A stretch of 64,000 bases of DNA from a virus (taxonomy: Duplodnaviria > Heunggongvirae > Uroviricota > Caudoviricetes), in IMG/VR virus record IMGVR_UViG_3300028887_000066, positions 96,001 to 160,000 of that record. The stretch is one strand, 5' to 3'. Below, in pieces: positions 40,767-48,667 of this stretch (position 1 is its first letter; the number at the start of each line of letters is the position of its first letter). The position numbers were made by a program, and so were the translations under genes. Below the pieces are notes generated by a model. That model did not search any database. It saw nothing but the letters and a program-made list of their open reading frames with translations, and was not told where the DNA came from.

Positions 40767-40910
40767 TTATCTTGCTGGACGTTTTATCGTTCTCCTTCTA
40801 CTTGCAGTTTTCCCATTCTGCACCTTTACCGTATTCGGATTGTAAATATATCTCTTAGTAACCTGTTTATTGGTTCTATTATCAGGCTTTGAACCGCATC
40901 CGCATCCCAT
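40767..40910 (-). CDS. 47-aa basic peptide (MGCGCGSKPD...RRRTIKRPAR)
   Basis: Translated by hand; below track cutoff. Confidence 0.6.
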   Translation of the reverse strand: MGCGCGSKPDNRTNKQVTKRYIYNPNTVKVQNGKTASRRRTIKRPAR

Positions 40911-40933
40911 AATATATTAATTTATAAACTTAG

Positions 40934-41659
40934 TTATGTTTTGTCAAATAATTTCTTTAAATTAGTGATAAGAGGCTGATAAAAATTATATACAAGAACC
41001 GACAATATTTTTTTCTTCTCACCATCAAATACATAGCAATATAATTTTCCATCATCGGTTATATCGACTCTTGCCGTCTTATTGCCTGTTTTCTTTGCAA
41101 ACATTTTTTCAGTATAAAATGCAAAACCTATTGAGTTATTCGGCTCTATGCAATACCTCACCTCTTCCACGTTTTTAGGCTCACCCTTACGTTTAATATA
41201 GTCTTGTGCCGTACCTTTACTCATTGTATATGAAAGATACTCCCATTTATCAATAGGCAAACCCCAAACAGTAGATTTATCCTCATTTAAACCGCTTTTA
41301 AGATTTTCATTTGACACCTTCTCATATTTTTTAAGTTTCTTTTCACGTTCTTCCAAAGAATTAATAATTTTCTTCTTGTCATCCCAACTATTAATCCACG
41401 ATTCGTCTTTTTTTAAATCCTCAAGAAGCTCTCGATATTTATCAGTAAGTTTTTTTCTCACATCTGTCTTTCCATATTTAATGTTTATCAGACTATCCAA
41501 TACGAACTCTAACAATGCTAATTTAGACCATTTGTCCGCACTGCCTTCAGTGTATTTTTTCAGGGTTTTTGAAACCTCATCGATAAAATCACCTCTCAAG
41601 TCCAATTGAGCGTCTCCGTCATATGGGCCATATCCCCACGAACCTTCGTTTAACATACT
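40934..41659 (-). CDS. Hypothetical two-domain protein with LNE sites (putative head protein)
   Basis: MLNEGSWG start, internal GLNEDK; late promoter motif about 41676. Confidence 0.55.
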   Translation of the reverse strand, partial: SMLNEGSWGYGPYDGDAQLDLRGDFIDEVSKTLKKYTEGSADKWSKLALLEFVLDSLINIKYGKTDVRKKLTDKYRELLEDLKKDESWINSWDDKKKIINSLEEREKKLKKYEKVSNENLKSGLNEDKSTVWGLPIDKWEYLSYTMSKGTAQDYIKRKGEPKNVEEVRYCIEPNNSIGFAFYTEKMFAKKTGNKTARVDITDDGKLYCYVFDGEKKKILSVLVYNFYQPLITNLKKLFDKT

Positions 41660-41689
41660 GTTCACCTTTTATAGAATAAATACCAAAAA

Positions 41690-43558
41690 TCACTTAAAAA
41701 GCCACATACTTGCTTTATACGAAGAGGGAACGCCGCCTTTTTCGTAACTATTCGATTTATAAACTGGCATCGCATATTTACCGTTGCTACTCATGCCGTT
41801 ATTCTGATTTGAAACGCGATACGGGTCAAATACTATACGGTTATTCACGTTAATCATAGCCTGCATCATTGCGACATCTTTCTTTTTTGCCTCTATTTGA
41901 CGATTAATGGAAAATTCCATCACGAATAACGTCATCGCTAAACAAGTAATTGTGTCATCATGACAACCTTCCTTATGATCCATTTTTCCGTTTTTGAAAA
42001 TCCATGTATCCAATTCATTAGCTACCCTGAGACTTCTTATCTTGAACTGATTAGTCTTAACCATATTTGCAAAATTTGCAAGCATTTGAAATCTCACCGA
42101 ACTGCTATGAAAACCTGGAAGCCCATCTTTTGTAACTTTCAATGAGCTGGCATCATTTTGTGCCGTATAGGTTTTCAAAGACGGATCATCATAATAAAGA
42201 TTCGGATAATTAAGTCTCATCAGAGTAAGCAATGTTGCATCTCCATAACCGCCGATACTTTCAACTATAATAAAAGCATCGTTATATAAATGCCCATAAC
42301 TGTTTGCCACTTCGCCTATTGCATCTCCTAACAGTTTACCATTATATTCAAGGACTTGTTCTATGCATGGCTTACCATCTTCATCGACACCATCAAGGTC
42401 GATAATTTCCAATGCCGTGGCATCTTCAGAATCACCCCTTGAATTATCTACACCCATCAAATATCTATGCCCCTCGTAAGGAGGTTTCCACACCCATGTA
42501 TCTTCTAATATAGGGTCTTTATATTCAGGATTCGGGTCTCTTACATTAAGAGTCTTTTGCATTTCGATAAATTCGGGATCAACAACATTAGAATCAGAAC
42601 CAAGAAAAGAAACATCCAACTCCTGTGCAATTTTTTGCGGGTTGTTATTAAAACCCTTGCACATACGGACATACCAAGGAGAAGTAGGTTTGTAACCCCT
42701 TCTCACCATGTTCTCCCAATGTTTTTCATTATATTCTATATTTCCCTTATCATCAATGGTGTCTTCTTTGACTATTTCTATCTCTCCAGACTCTTCATTC
42801 CTCTTTCTCCATTCAAGGAATTTGTTGTACCTTGGGTCTTGATACCATTTAAGCTCAACACATTTGAAACTGTTTTTCCCGATAAGTGCCTGTCTGTATG
42901 TCTCATAGTACAGTTGGTCTTTACCGTTAGGGGTTGAAATCATTATAACATGACCACCTGTAGATACTGTAGCCAATGCAGAAGCATATACATCTTTACC
43001 TTTCTCAATGAACGCAGCTTCATCAAAAATAAGATATGTAACACCACCGACACCACGAGATGCATCAGGGCCAGATGAACGTGCAACAACACGGCATCCG
43101 TTTTTTAAGACTAACTCCTTTTGATTACAGATTTCAAACACCTTTTCCTTGTTTTTTGGATCATCAGGATTAATATCAAAATATTCTTCACCCCAAAACC
43201 AACGTGGTAACTGAAATAGAAAATTTTTAATCTTTGTAACCATTTGTTGTGCAAGATCAAGTGTATTACCAATAACCAAAATAGTTAATGGAGATTCGGG
43301 GCTTGCTAATGCAATTTCACACGCGATGAATGCACCACATGTCGTGGTAATTCCTGCTTGTCTCGGTTTAGTCGTTATAACGTCTTGAGAATCTGCAAGA
43401 TAAGCGCACAAGTCACGTTGTCTTGGAAACAAATCAAATGGCACTTCCTTTCTTTGAGTCGCATCATAGGTTTTTAAATAATGAGTTATCATATATATTC
43501 TCGACCTATCAGCTACGCATTTAACATATTCTTGTGATATAAGATTTATATCAATCAT
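41690..43558 (-). CDS. Terminase large subunit (T4 gp17-like)
   Basis: KPRQAGITT, LIFDEAAFI, ISTPNG, YLMGVD and HDDTI motifs. Confidence 0.95.
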   Translation of the reverse strand: MIDINLISQEYVKCVADRSRIYMITHYLKTYDATQRKEVPFDLFPRQRDLCAYLADSQDVITTKPRQAGITTTCGAFIACEIALASPESPLTILVIGNTLDLAQQMVTKIKNFLFQLPRWFWGEEYFDINPDDPKNKEKVFEICNQKELVLKNGCRVVARSSGPDASRGVGGVTYLIFDEAAFIEKGKDVYASALATVSTGGHVIMISTPNGKDQLYYETYRQALIGKNSFKCVELKWYQDPRYNKFLEWRKRNEESGEIEIVKEDTIDDKGNIEYNEKHWENMVRRGYKPTSPWYVRMCKGFNNNPQKIAQELDVSFLGSDSNVVDPEFIEMQKTLNVRDPNPEYKDPILEDTWVWKPPYEGHRYLMGVDNSRGDSEDATALEIIDLDGVDEDGKPCIEQVLEYNGKLLGDAIGEVANSYGHLYNDAFIIVESIGGYGDATLLTLMRLNYPNLYYDDPSLKTYTAQNDASSLKVTKDGLPGFHSSSVRFQMLANFANMVKTNQFKIRSLRVANELDTWIFKNGKMDHKEGCHDDTITCLAMTLFVMEFSINRQIEAKKKDVAMMQAMINVNNRIVFDPYRVSNQNNGMSSNGKYAMPVYKSNSYEKGGVPSSYKASMWLFK

Positions 43559-43650
43559 TTCTTTAACTTTTTATTGATAAATAGCTTTAAAAATAAAAAT
43601 GGTATCCGTTCCCGAATACCATTTCTTATGTATCATTTTTTAATAATTGC

Positions 43651-44064
43651 TTAAAAATGACCGTATGGACGACCATTTGAATATCTGTCGCTATATCTGT
43701 AAGTACCATCGTCAATACCGTCATCTACATCATCATTGTCGTCATAGTAACCTTTGCTTCTCTCGATAACCTTCATTATGGTGTCATCATCTGTCGGTTT
43801 TCCCTGACGCGCAAGAATTTGTTTAATGATATTGTATTGCATGGCACGTTTCTTGTCTGCCTTGTTTCCATTTTCAGGCTCCCTTTCCATCTGTTCAATG
43901 TCTGCATCGGTAGGCTCCCCAAGATCACTATCGTCATCATCCTCATCCGTATACCAATTGTCATCATCGTCTTCAATGTCACTACCATCAAACATTGATT
44001 CTTTCAGCATACCTGCAATAGTGTTCCTGACCATCTCACGAAGTTTATTCTCGGTAATTTTCAT
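43651..44064 (-). CDS. Acidic putative internal head protein
   Basis: MKITENKLREMVRNTIAGMLKE N-terminus. Confidence 0.6.
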   Translation of the reverse strand: MKITENKLREMVRNTIAGMLKESMFDGSDIEDDDDNWYTDEDDDDSDLGEPTDADIEQMEREPENGNKADKKRAMQYNIIKQILARQGKPTDDDTIMKVIERSKGYYDDNDDVDDGIDDGTYRYSDRYSNGRPYGHF

Positions 44065-44073
44065 AGTTTCGTT

Positions 44074-44433
44074 TTAATAATCATCTTCCTCGTCATCATA
44101 CGAGTAATTATCCATATTCATTATAAGGTTATCCATTTCAAAATCGCCATATGCATCGTTTCTGAGTCCAATACGCCCATTTTGAAGGAGTCTTGGATGA
44201 CCGCTGCATATAGCATCAAAAATCTCACCCTTTTCGTGTAAGGCACTACAGTTATATGTACGCCCGTTGCTAAAATACACAAGGAAATCATCATCTACCA
44301 CACGATGAAGCAATTTTTCCAGCTCGTCGTATTCAAGATACCTCTCCTCGTATTTAGCCATTGTATCTTCACGAAGCCCCATTCTAAGAAAATCCTTGAA
44401 CTGGGATTCTGTTAATGTTATCCTTTTTCCCAT
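44074..44433 (-). CDS. Putative internal head protein
   Basis: MGKRITLTESQFKDFLRMGLRE N-terminus. Confidence 0.6.
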   Translation of the reverse strand: MGKRITLTESQFKDFLRMGLREDTMAKYEERYLEYDELEKLLHRVVDDDFLVYFSNGRTYNCSALHEKGEIFDAICSGHPRLLQNGRIGLRNDAYGDFEMDNLIMNMDNYSYDDEEDDY

Positions 44434-44451
44434 TTTTTACAACACTTTGAG

Positions 44452-44469
44452 TATTTATTATTATAAATA
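44452..44469. promoter_or_regulatory. Back-to-back putative late promoters (TATTTAT on the sense strand)
   Basis: tatttatt and tataaata between divergent genes; the same motif precedes most late genes. Confidence 0.65.
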
Positions 44470-44492
44470 TGGTGTAATACCGAAAAATACTA

Positions 44493-45278
44493 ATGATAAA
44501 GGACGAATTAGAAAAGCAAAGAAAACTGACCAATACCAACCCCACGGAAAAACAGAAAAAGGCAGAAAACTATAAAATGGGGCATATACGAATTAACGGT
44601 TTTCAAATAAGCATAGAGAATCCAAAAGGAAGCTATAGAAGAGGAAAGGATTCAAACGGCAAAGAATGGAAAACCCTGATGCATCATGATTATGGCTATT
44701 TTACAAAAACAGTCGGAAAGGACGGTGATGCTATTGATGTGTTCATTGGGCCGCATTATGATTCCACAAAGATTTTTGCCGTTGATCAAAAATTCGGTAA
44801 TAAATTTGATGAAACGAAAGTAATGTTCTGTTTCAATAACATCGATGAGGCGAAGAAAGGATACCTCTCAAACTATGAAAAAGATTGGAAGGGATTTTGG
44901 AAAATAACAGAAACAGATATTGATACATTTAAAAAATGGCTATATGATGGACACAGGCAGTATAAGCCATTTTTCCAATATAAAGAAATAAAAAAGCAGA
45001 AACCAAATATGAAAGAGATTAAATTAACTGAAAGCAAACTTCAGGAACTCATAAGAGAATCTATTGCAGAAGTCGTAAACCGTAACGACTACGATAACGA
45101 CAAAGCATACCAATATGACAGAGTTATGGATGTTCAAAATGCTAAGTCTGAGGTTGCAGATGCAATAAAAGCAGTTATAGAAAAATACCAATTGAAAAAT
45201 GCTGAAATCTACAGGGTATTAGAAACAATGATAAAATATTTCTGTCCAGCACGGACAAATGGTATGATACAACAGTAA
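44493..45278 (+). CDS. Inorganic pyrophosphatase-like domain (polyvalent-protein type) with C-terminal putative head-targeting helix
   Basis: NYKMGH..ISIENPKGSYRRG..HDYGYF..GKDGDAIDVFIG..FDETKVM; then IKLTESKLQELIRESIAE. Confidence 0.75.
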   Translation: MIKDELEKQRKLTNTNPTEKQKKAENYKMGHIRINGFQISIENPKGSYRRGKDSNGKEWKTLMHHDYGYFTKTVGKDGDAIDVFIGPHYDSTKIFAVDQKFGNKFDETKVMFCFNNIDEAKKGYLSNYEKDWKGFWKITETDIDTFKKWLYDGHRQYKPFFQYKEIKKQKPNMKEIKLTESKLQELIRESIAEVVNRNDYDNDKAYQYDRVMDVQNAKSEVADAIKAVIEKYQLKNAEIYRVLETMIKYFCPARTNGMIQQ

Positions 45279-45300
45279 ATTGTGGTTTATAAATAATTAT

Positions 45301-45337
45301 TCCCGATAAGCTAGCATTATGCTTATCGGGATTTTTC
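45301..45337. terminator. Intrinsic terminator, possibly bidirectional
   Basis: tcccgataagc...gcttatcggga stem plus T run. Confidence 0.75.
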
Positions 45338-45347
45338 TTTGTAGTAA

Positions 45348-45493
45348 TATAGAAGAAAAGAGTAAAAATCGGGAAGAAGGCTCCACCATTCCTTCTTCCC
45401 TTTTGCAGTCCATTTTTACATCGGTAGCGAAATTCCAATTCTATGTAAACGGTGCAAATATCGTGATGTAATACATCTTCTCTTTTCGCTATA
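45348..45493 (-). ncRNA. Unassigned structured RNA, about 145 nt
   Basis: Closing stem, three internal hairpins, own late promoter motif at 45495-45501. Confidence 0.55.
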
Positions 45494-45539
45494 CATAAAT
45501 ACTTGGGTTATATATTTTCTATAAAAAATTATAGATATT

Positions 45540-45573
45540 TTTGGCTATTCAAATATAAAACCTTATCTTTGCA
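45540..45573 (+). promoter_or_regulatory. Bacteroidetes sigma-A-type promoter upstream of the tRNA leader
   Basis: TTTG...TATCTTTGC; two late-type TATTTAT motifs follow (about 45628 and 45688). Confidence 0.75.
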
Positions 45574-45760
45574 AAGAAAATAAAAAAAAAAATAGTGAAT
45601 TTTTGATCACTTTTCAAATTAATGGTATATTTATTGAGTAAAAACCACATTTTTTAAAAAATGTTTGAAGTTTTGAAAATATTCATATATTTATAATAGA
45701 AATGTGATTTGAAAATAAACCAATAAGGAAATAATAAAGAGAAATACTATTAGAAATAAA

Positions 45761-45886
45761 ATGGCAAACATTATGTATTCACATATTAGTCTCAGTTCAG
45801 CGTATTCTCCATCATTTGTCGATGGAGGCTATATTGACGCGCCGTTTTTTAATAGTAGTGGAGGGAAGACAGAAAATATAGAATAG
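45761..45886 (+). CDS. Putative attenuator leader peptide, 41 aa (MANIMYSHISLSSAYSPSFVDGGYIDAPFFNSSGGKTENIE)
   Basis: Translated by hand; its 3' end is complementary to the terminator 5' arm. Confidence 0.7.
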   Translation: MANIMYSHISLSSAYSPSFVDGGYIDAPFFNSSGGKTENIE

Positions 45887-45959
45887 AAAAATTGATCAAA
45901 CAAAAAGCGTGGAAAAGAATCCACAACCTTTTCAAAAGGTACTATATATATTTCTCCTG

Positions 45960-46000
45960 ACCTCCAAAGATAACAAATCCTTGGGGGTTTTTCTTTTTCT
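45960..46000 (+). terminator. Attenuator terminator directly before tRNA-Phe
   Basis: acctccaaaga-taacaaa-tccttgggggt stem-loop followed by ttttctttttct. Confidence 0.8.
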
Positions 46001-46002
46001 AT

Positions 46003-46075
46003 GGGGGAGAAGCTAACTAAGTAGAAGCGCTGGACTGAAAATCCAGAGGAGTTGGAGCGTTACCAACCTCCCCCA
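46003..46075 (+). tRNA. tRNA-Phe(GAA), atypical T-loop
   Basis: GGGGGAG/CTCCCCC acceptor; ctgga-ctGAAaa-tccag; T-loop AGCGTTA. Confidence 0.85.
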
Positions 46076-46090
46076 CTAAAACTAATTAAA

Positions 46091-46330
46091 ATGGAACTGA
46101 AGAATATTGTTAAAGGAAGTGCAAAACTTCTTTTTATTAAGTCAGGCGGCATTGCTGTGTATCAACTGAATTCTGTTGACGGTAAGAAATATCAACTTGA
46201 AATTGATCTTTCAGACAAGCATGATGTTGGAGAAACTGCTACATTTGAAACAGAATATGAAAAGTCGTTAATCCTTATGCGTTGGATACGGAGATCAATA
46301 GAAAATGAAACATTGTTTGAGATACTTTAG
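46091..46330 (+). CDS. Hypothetical protein
   Basis: 79-aa ORF MELKNIVKG..LMRWIRRSIE. Confidence 0.65.
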   Translation: MELKNIVKGSAKLLFIKSGGIAVYQLNSVDGKKYQLEIDLSDKHDVGETATFETEYEKSLILMRWIRRSIENETLFEIL

Positions 46331-46349
46331 AAAAAAATTAATCCCGTTT

Positions 46350-46382
46350 TTGGCCAATTCAAAAAATAGACGTATATTTGCA
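46350..46382 (+). promoter_or_regulatory. Bacteroidetes-type promoter
   Basis: TTTG...TATATTTGC. Confidence 0.7.
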
Positions 46383-46409
46383 TTGTAATTCAAAAACAGT
46401 CAAAAGAAC

Positions 46410-46613
46410 GACGGGATAGCTCAAACGGTAGAGCGCAATCGACGTTATTCTCCGTGACGATGGAATAAAGAATGACCGAAACATGATTGGGGCTGAGAAA
46501 GCAGCGATCTTATTACGTATAGATACGAAACTGTCGTGTATTCTAGAGCGCACAGCAGATGTAGTTGAAAGAAAATTTGAAAGTTATGGGAGGTTCGAAT
46601 CCTTGCCCCGTTG
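46410..46613 (+). ncRNA. tRNA-like RNA with expanded anticodon loop and variable region (about 205 nt)
   Basis: Acceptor GACGGGA/CCCCGTT; D arm TAGCTCAAACGGTAGAGC; T arm GGTTCGAATCC. Confidence 0.7.
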
Positions 46614-46651
46614 ACAATTTAACAAAATTTAGAATAGAAAGGGAAAATTTT

Positions 46652-46777
46652 ATGATTATCAAATGCCCAAAGTGCCAACAGGATGTTAAAATTGACATCG
46701 CACACGCAGTAGATGAGAATGGTGAGGTGTTTATGTGTCCTCATTGTGGTTATCATTTCAGATATACAGAACGATGA
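46652..46777 (+). CDS. Zinc-ribbon protein
   Basis: CPKC..CPHC. Confidence 0.7.
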   Translation: MIIKCPKCQQDVKIDIAHAVDENGEVFMCPHCGYHFRYTER

Positions 46778-47337
46778 AAGGCAGTTCTAACACAAAACAG
46801 TTCAAGAAATTCCAAATAAGATGGGCTGAAAAGTTAGGATATGAAAATGACCCATATCTTATTAGATGGACATTTATATTCTTTGGCTATTCATTAAGAA
46901 TCCACCATTGGATTAAATCAGATGATAACAGGTTTTTCCACGATCACAGTGCCGATTTACTAAGTATTGTGTTAAAGGGTCGGTATTACAATGTGAAGCC
47001 TATTTATCCTGACAAAAATCCTACCGATATTGTTGAAAAAACGTATTTTGAGGATGGCGACGGCTTTTCATTCGGAGGAGAAGGAAAAAATGAAAAATGG
47101 TGTTATGTAGAGGGTATTTTCAATTCATTGCACAATTTCCTTCATATGAATCGCTCTATATGGTTTTCTAAAGCCGAGGACAGACATTATCTAAGTATAC
47201 CGAAAGAAGGTGCGTGGACATTGATGTTCGAAGGAAAACCAAGACATAAGTGGGGATTTTATGTGAATGGGCATAAGTGGAGACCGTTAAGATATTTCCA
47301 TAAATACGGAATAAAACAGGACAAAAATTATCAATAA
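46774..47337 (+). CDS. Cupin-like protein
   Basis: LRIHHWIKSDD..FHDH..H..AWTLMF.G..KWGFY. Confidence 0.65.
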   Translation: MKGSSNTKQFKKFQIRWAEKLGYENDPYLIRWTFIFFGYSLRIHHWIKSDDNRFFHDHSADLLSIVLKGRYYNVKPIYPDKNPTDIVEKTYFEDGDGFSFGGEGKNEKWCYVEGIFNSLHNFLHMNRSIWFSKAEDRHYLSIPKEGAWTLMFEGKPRHKWGFYVNGHKWRPLRYFHKYGIKQDKNYQ

Positions 47338-47465
47338 AACAGCGAAAAAGGGTTTGTATTAGCAAGTCAAAACCTGAAACCCTGAACCTCCCTAAGTCGC
47401 CAAGCGTCTTATAGGTGACAGACCACGGGGTAATTCCCAAGGAGTGCAGTTAGTGGCTTATTTTC

Positions 47466-47543
47466 GCGGGATTGGTGTAGCTGAAGGCGCACGTCAGACT
47501 TCCAATCTGAAGGCATGCACGGGTTTGATCCCCGTATTCCGCT
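47466..47543 (+). tRNA. tRNA-Gly(TCC)
   Basis: tcaga-ctTCCaa-tctga; GCGGGAT/ATTCCGC acceptor. Confidence 0.85.
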
Positions 47544-47646
47544 CAAAGTTTATAATGTGGCATTCTCAAGTACAAGGAACACACCATTCTTTATATGGTT
47601 ATCCGTTTCCCTAGGCGGATTGTAAAATAGCACAGTAGGGGTGAAT

Positions 47647-47720
47647 GCGGGTGTAGCTCAGTTGGTTAGAGCATTACCTTGCCAAGGTAAGGGTCGTGAG
47701 TTCGAACCTCATCACCCGCT
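47647..47720 (+). tRNA. tRNA-Gly(GCC)
   Basis: Canonical cloverleaf, ttacc-ttGCCaa-ggtaa. Confidence 0.95.
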
Positions 47721-47743
47721 CAAAATTAATTGATAATAACAAA

Positions 47744-47817
47744 GGCGGAATAGCTCAGTTTGGTAGAGCGGAGGAGTCATAACCCTCAGGTCACAAGTTC
47801 GAGCCTTGTTTCCGCTA
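47744..47817 (+). tRNA. tRNA-Met(CAT), elongator-like
   Basis: GGCGGAA/TTCCGCT acceptor, CAT anticodon. Confidence 0.85.
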
Positions 47818-47827
47818 CATAAAAAAT

Positions 47828-47944
47828 AATTCTTGATAAGAGGTAAACGGAGGTAACAAGGTCACTACTGAACCGTATTTCAGGGTGTGTGACAAAGGTC
47901 TATGAGGTGTTACGGGAAACTGCATAGGAGTATTATTGAGAATT
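47828..47944 (+). ncRNA. Unassigned structured inter-tRNA RNA
   Basis: 12-bp closing stem aattcttgataa/ttattgagaatt and two internal hairpins. Confidence 0.5.
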
Positions 47945-47949
47945 TTTAT

Positions 47950-48023
47950 GGGCCGATAGCTCAGTTGACTAGAGCATCTGATTTGCACTCAGAAGGTCGC
48001 GGGTTTGAGTCCCGCTCGGTCCA
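47950..48023 (+). tRNA. tRNA-Ala(TGC)
   Basis: G3:U70 pair, TGC anticodon. Confidence 0.93.
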
Positions 48024-48083
48024 CTACGTTGATAATCAATAAATTATAAAGTTTTGTTAAAATAAAAGTTTAACTAATAAAAT

Positions 48084-48311
48084 ATGGGAAAAAGCAGAAA
48101 AGGTGGGCTTCTGTCTCGTAGAAAGAGTGCATTAGCCAGATTGGAGGCACAATACAAGGAATTCAAGAGTGCCAATGAAGATAAGAAGCCTTGGACAACT
48201 ACCCGCAACGGAAAGCCTTATGAGCATGCAGGTAGGAAATACAATGCTGAGTGTGAACGTCTCTCAAAGGAGATTTCAATTCTTAAAGAGAAAATTACAC
48301 GAGGTAAATAA
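48084..48311 (+). CDS. Small basic protein
   Basis: 75-aa K/R-rich ORF inside the tRNA array. Confidence 0.7.
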   Translation: MGKSRKGGLLSRRKSALARLEAQYKEFKSANEDKKPWTTTRNGKPYEHAGRKYNAECERLSKEISILKEKITRGK

Positions 48312-48317
48312 GGAAAA

Positions 48318-48422
48318 AATCAATACCAAGAGTTTTTAGACATGACGGTATCAGATATTGATATGTAGGATAAAACTTATTTCGTCAAAATACATCCAAG
48401 AATTTTAGATTGGTATTTGATT
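48318..48422 (+). ncRNA. Unassigned structured inter-tRNA RNA
   Basis: aatcaatacca/tggtatttgatt closing stem; nested tgacg/cgtca stem. Confidence 0.45.
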
Positions 48423-48426
48423 AAAT

Positions 48427-48510
48427 GGGAGTGCGCCGAAGTTGGAGAGTCGGGGCAGACTGTAAATCTGTTGCCCTTGGGCTGAGTAGGTTCGAATCCT
48501 ACCACTCCCA
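48427..48510 (+). tRNA. tRNA-Tyr(GTA)
   Basis: Long variable arm; gcaga-ctGTAaa-tctgt. Confidence 0.95.
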
Positions 48511-48522
48511 CAAATAAATAAT

Positions 48523-48594
48523 GGTCTATTCGTATAACGGTTATTATACTGGACTGTCTATCCTGGGACGAGGGTTCGACTCCCTCATAGACCG
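48523..48594 (+). tRNA. tRNA-Asp(GTC)
   Basis: GGTCTAT/ATAGACC acceptor, G73, GTC anticodon. Confidence 0.9.
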
Positions 48595-48667
48595 CGTAAC
48601 TAATTGAATGTCAATAAATTACAAAAGTCCCAAACTTTCTCCAAGAGGGATTAATAAATAATTGGAG

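Noticed and set aside
46410-46613. Group I intron-containing tRNA or second tmRNA
   Set aside because: No recognisable P7/R-S core, the inserts are short and split over two arms, and there is no tag ORF ending in a degron.
47550-47640. Additional ncRNA between the two tRNA-Gly genes
   Set aside because: Only short local hairpins (accat/atggt, atccg/cggat) and no convincing closing stem.
47828-47944. Hammerhead ribozyme
   Set aside because: GAAAC is present but there is no CUGAnGA core in the right context.
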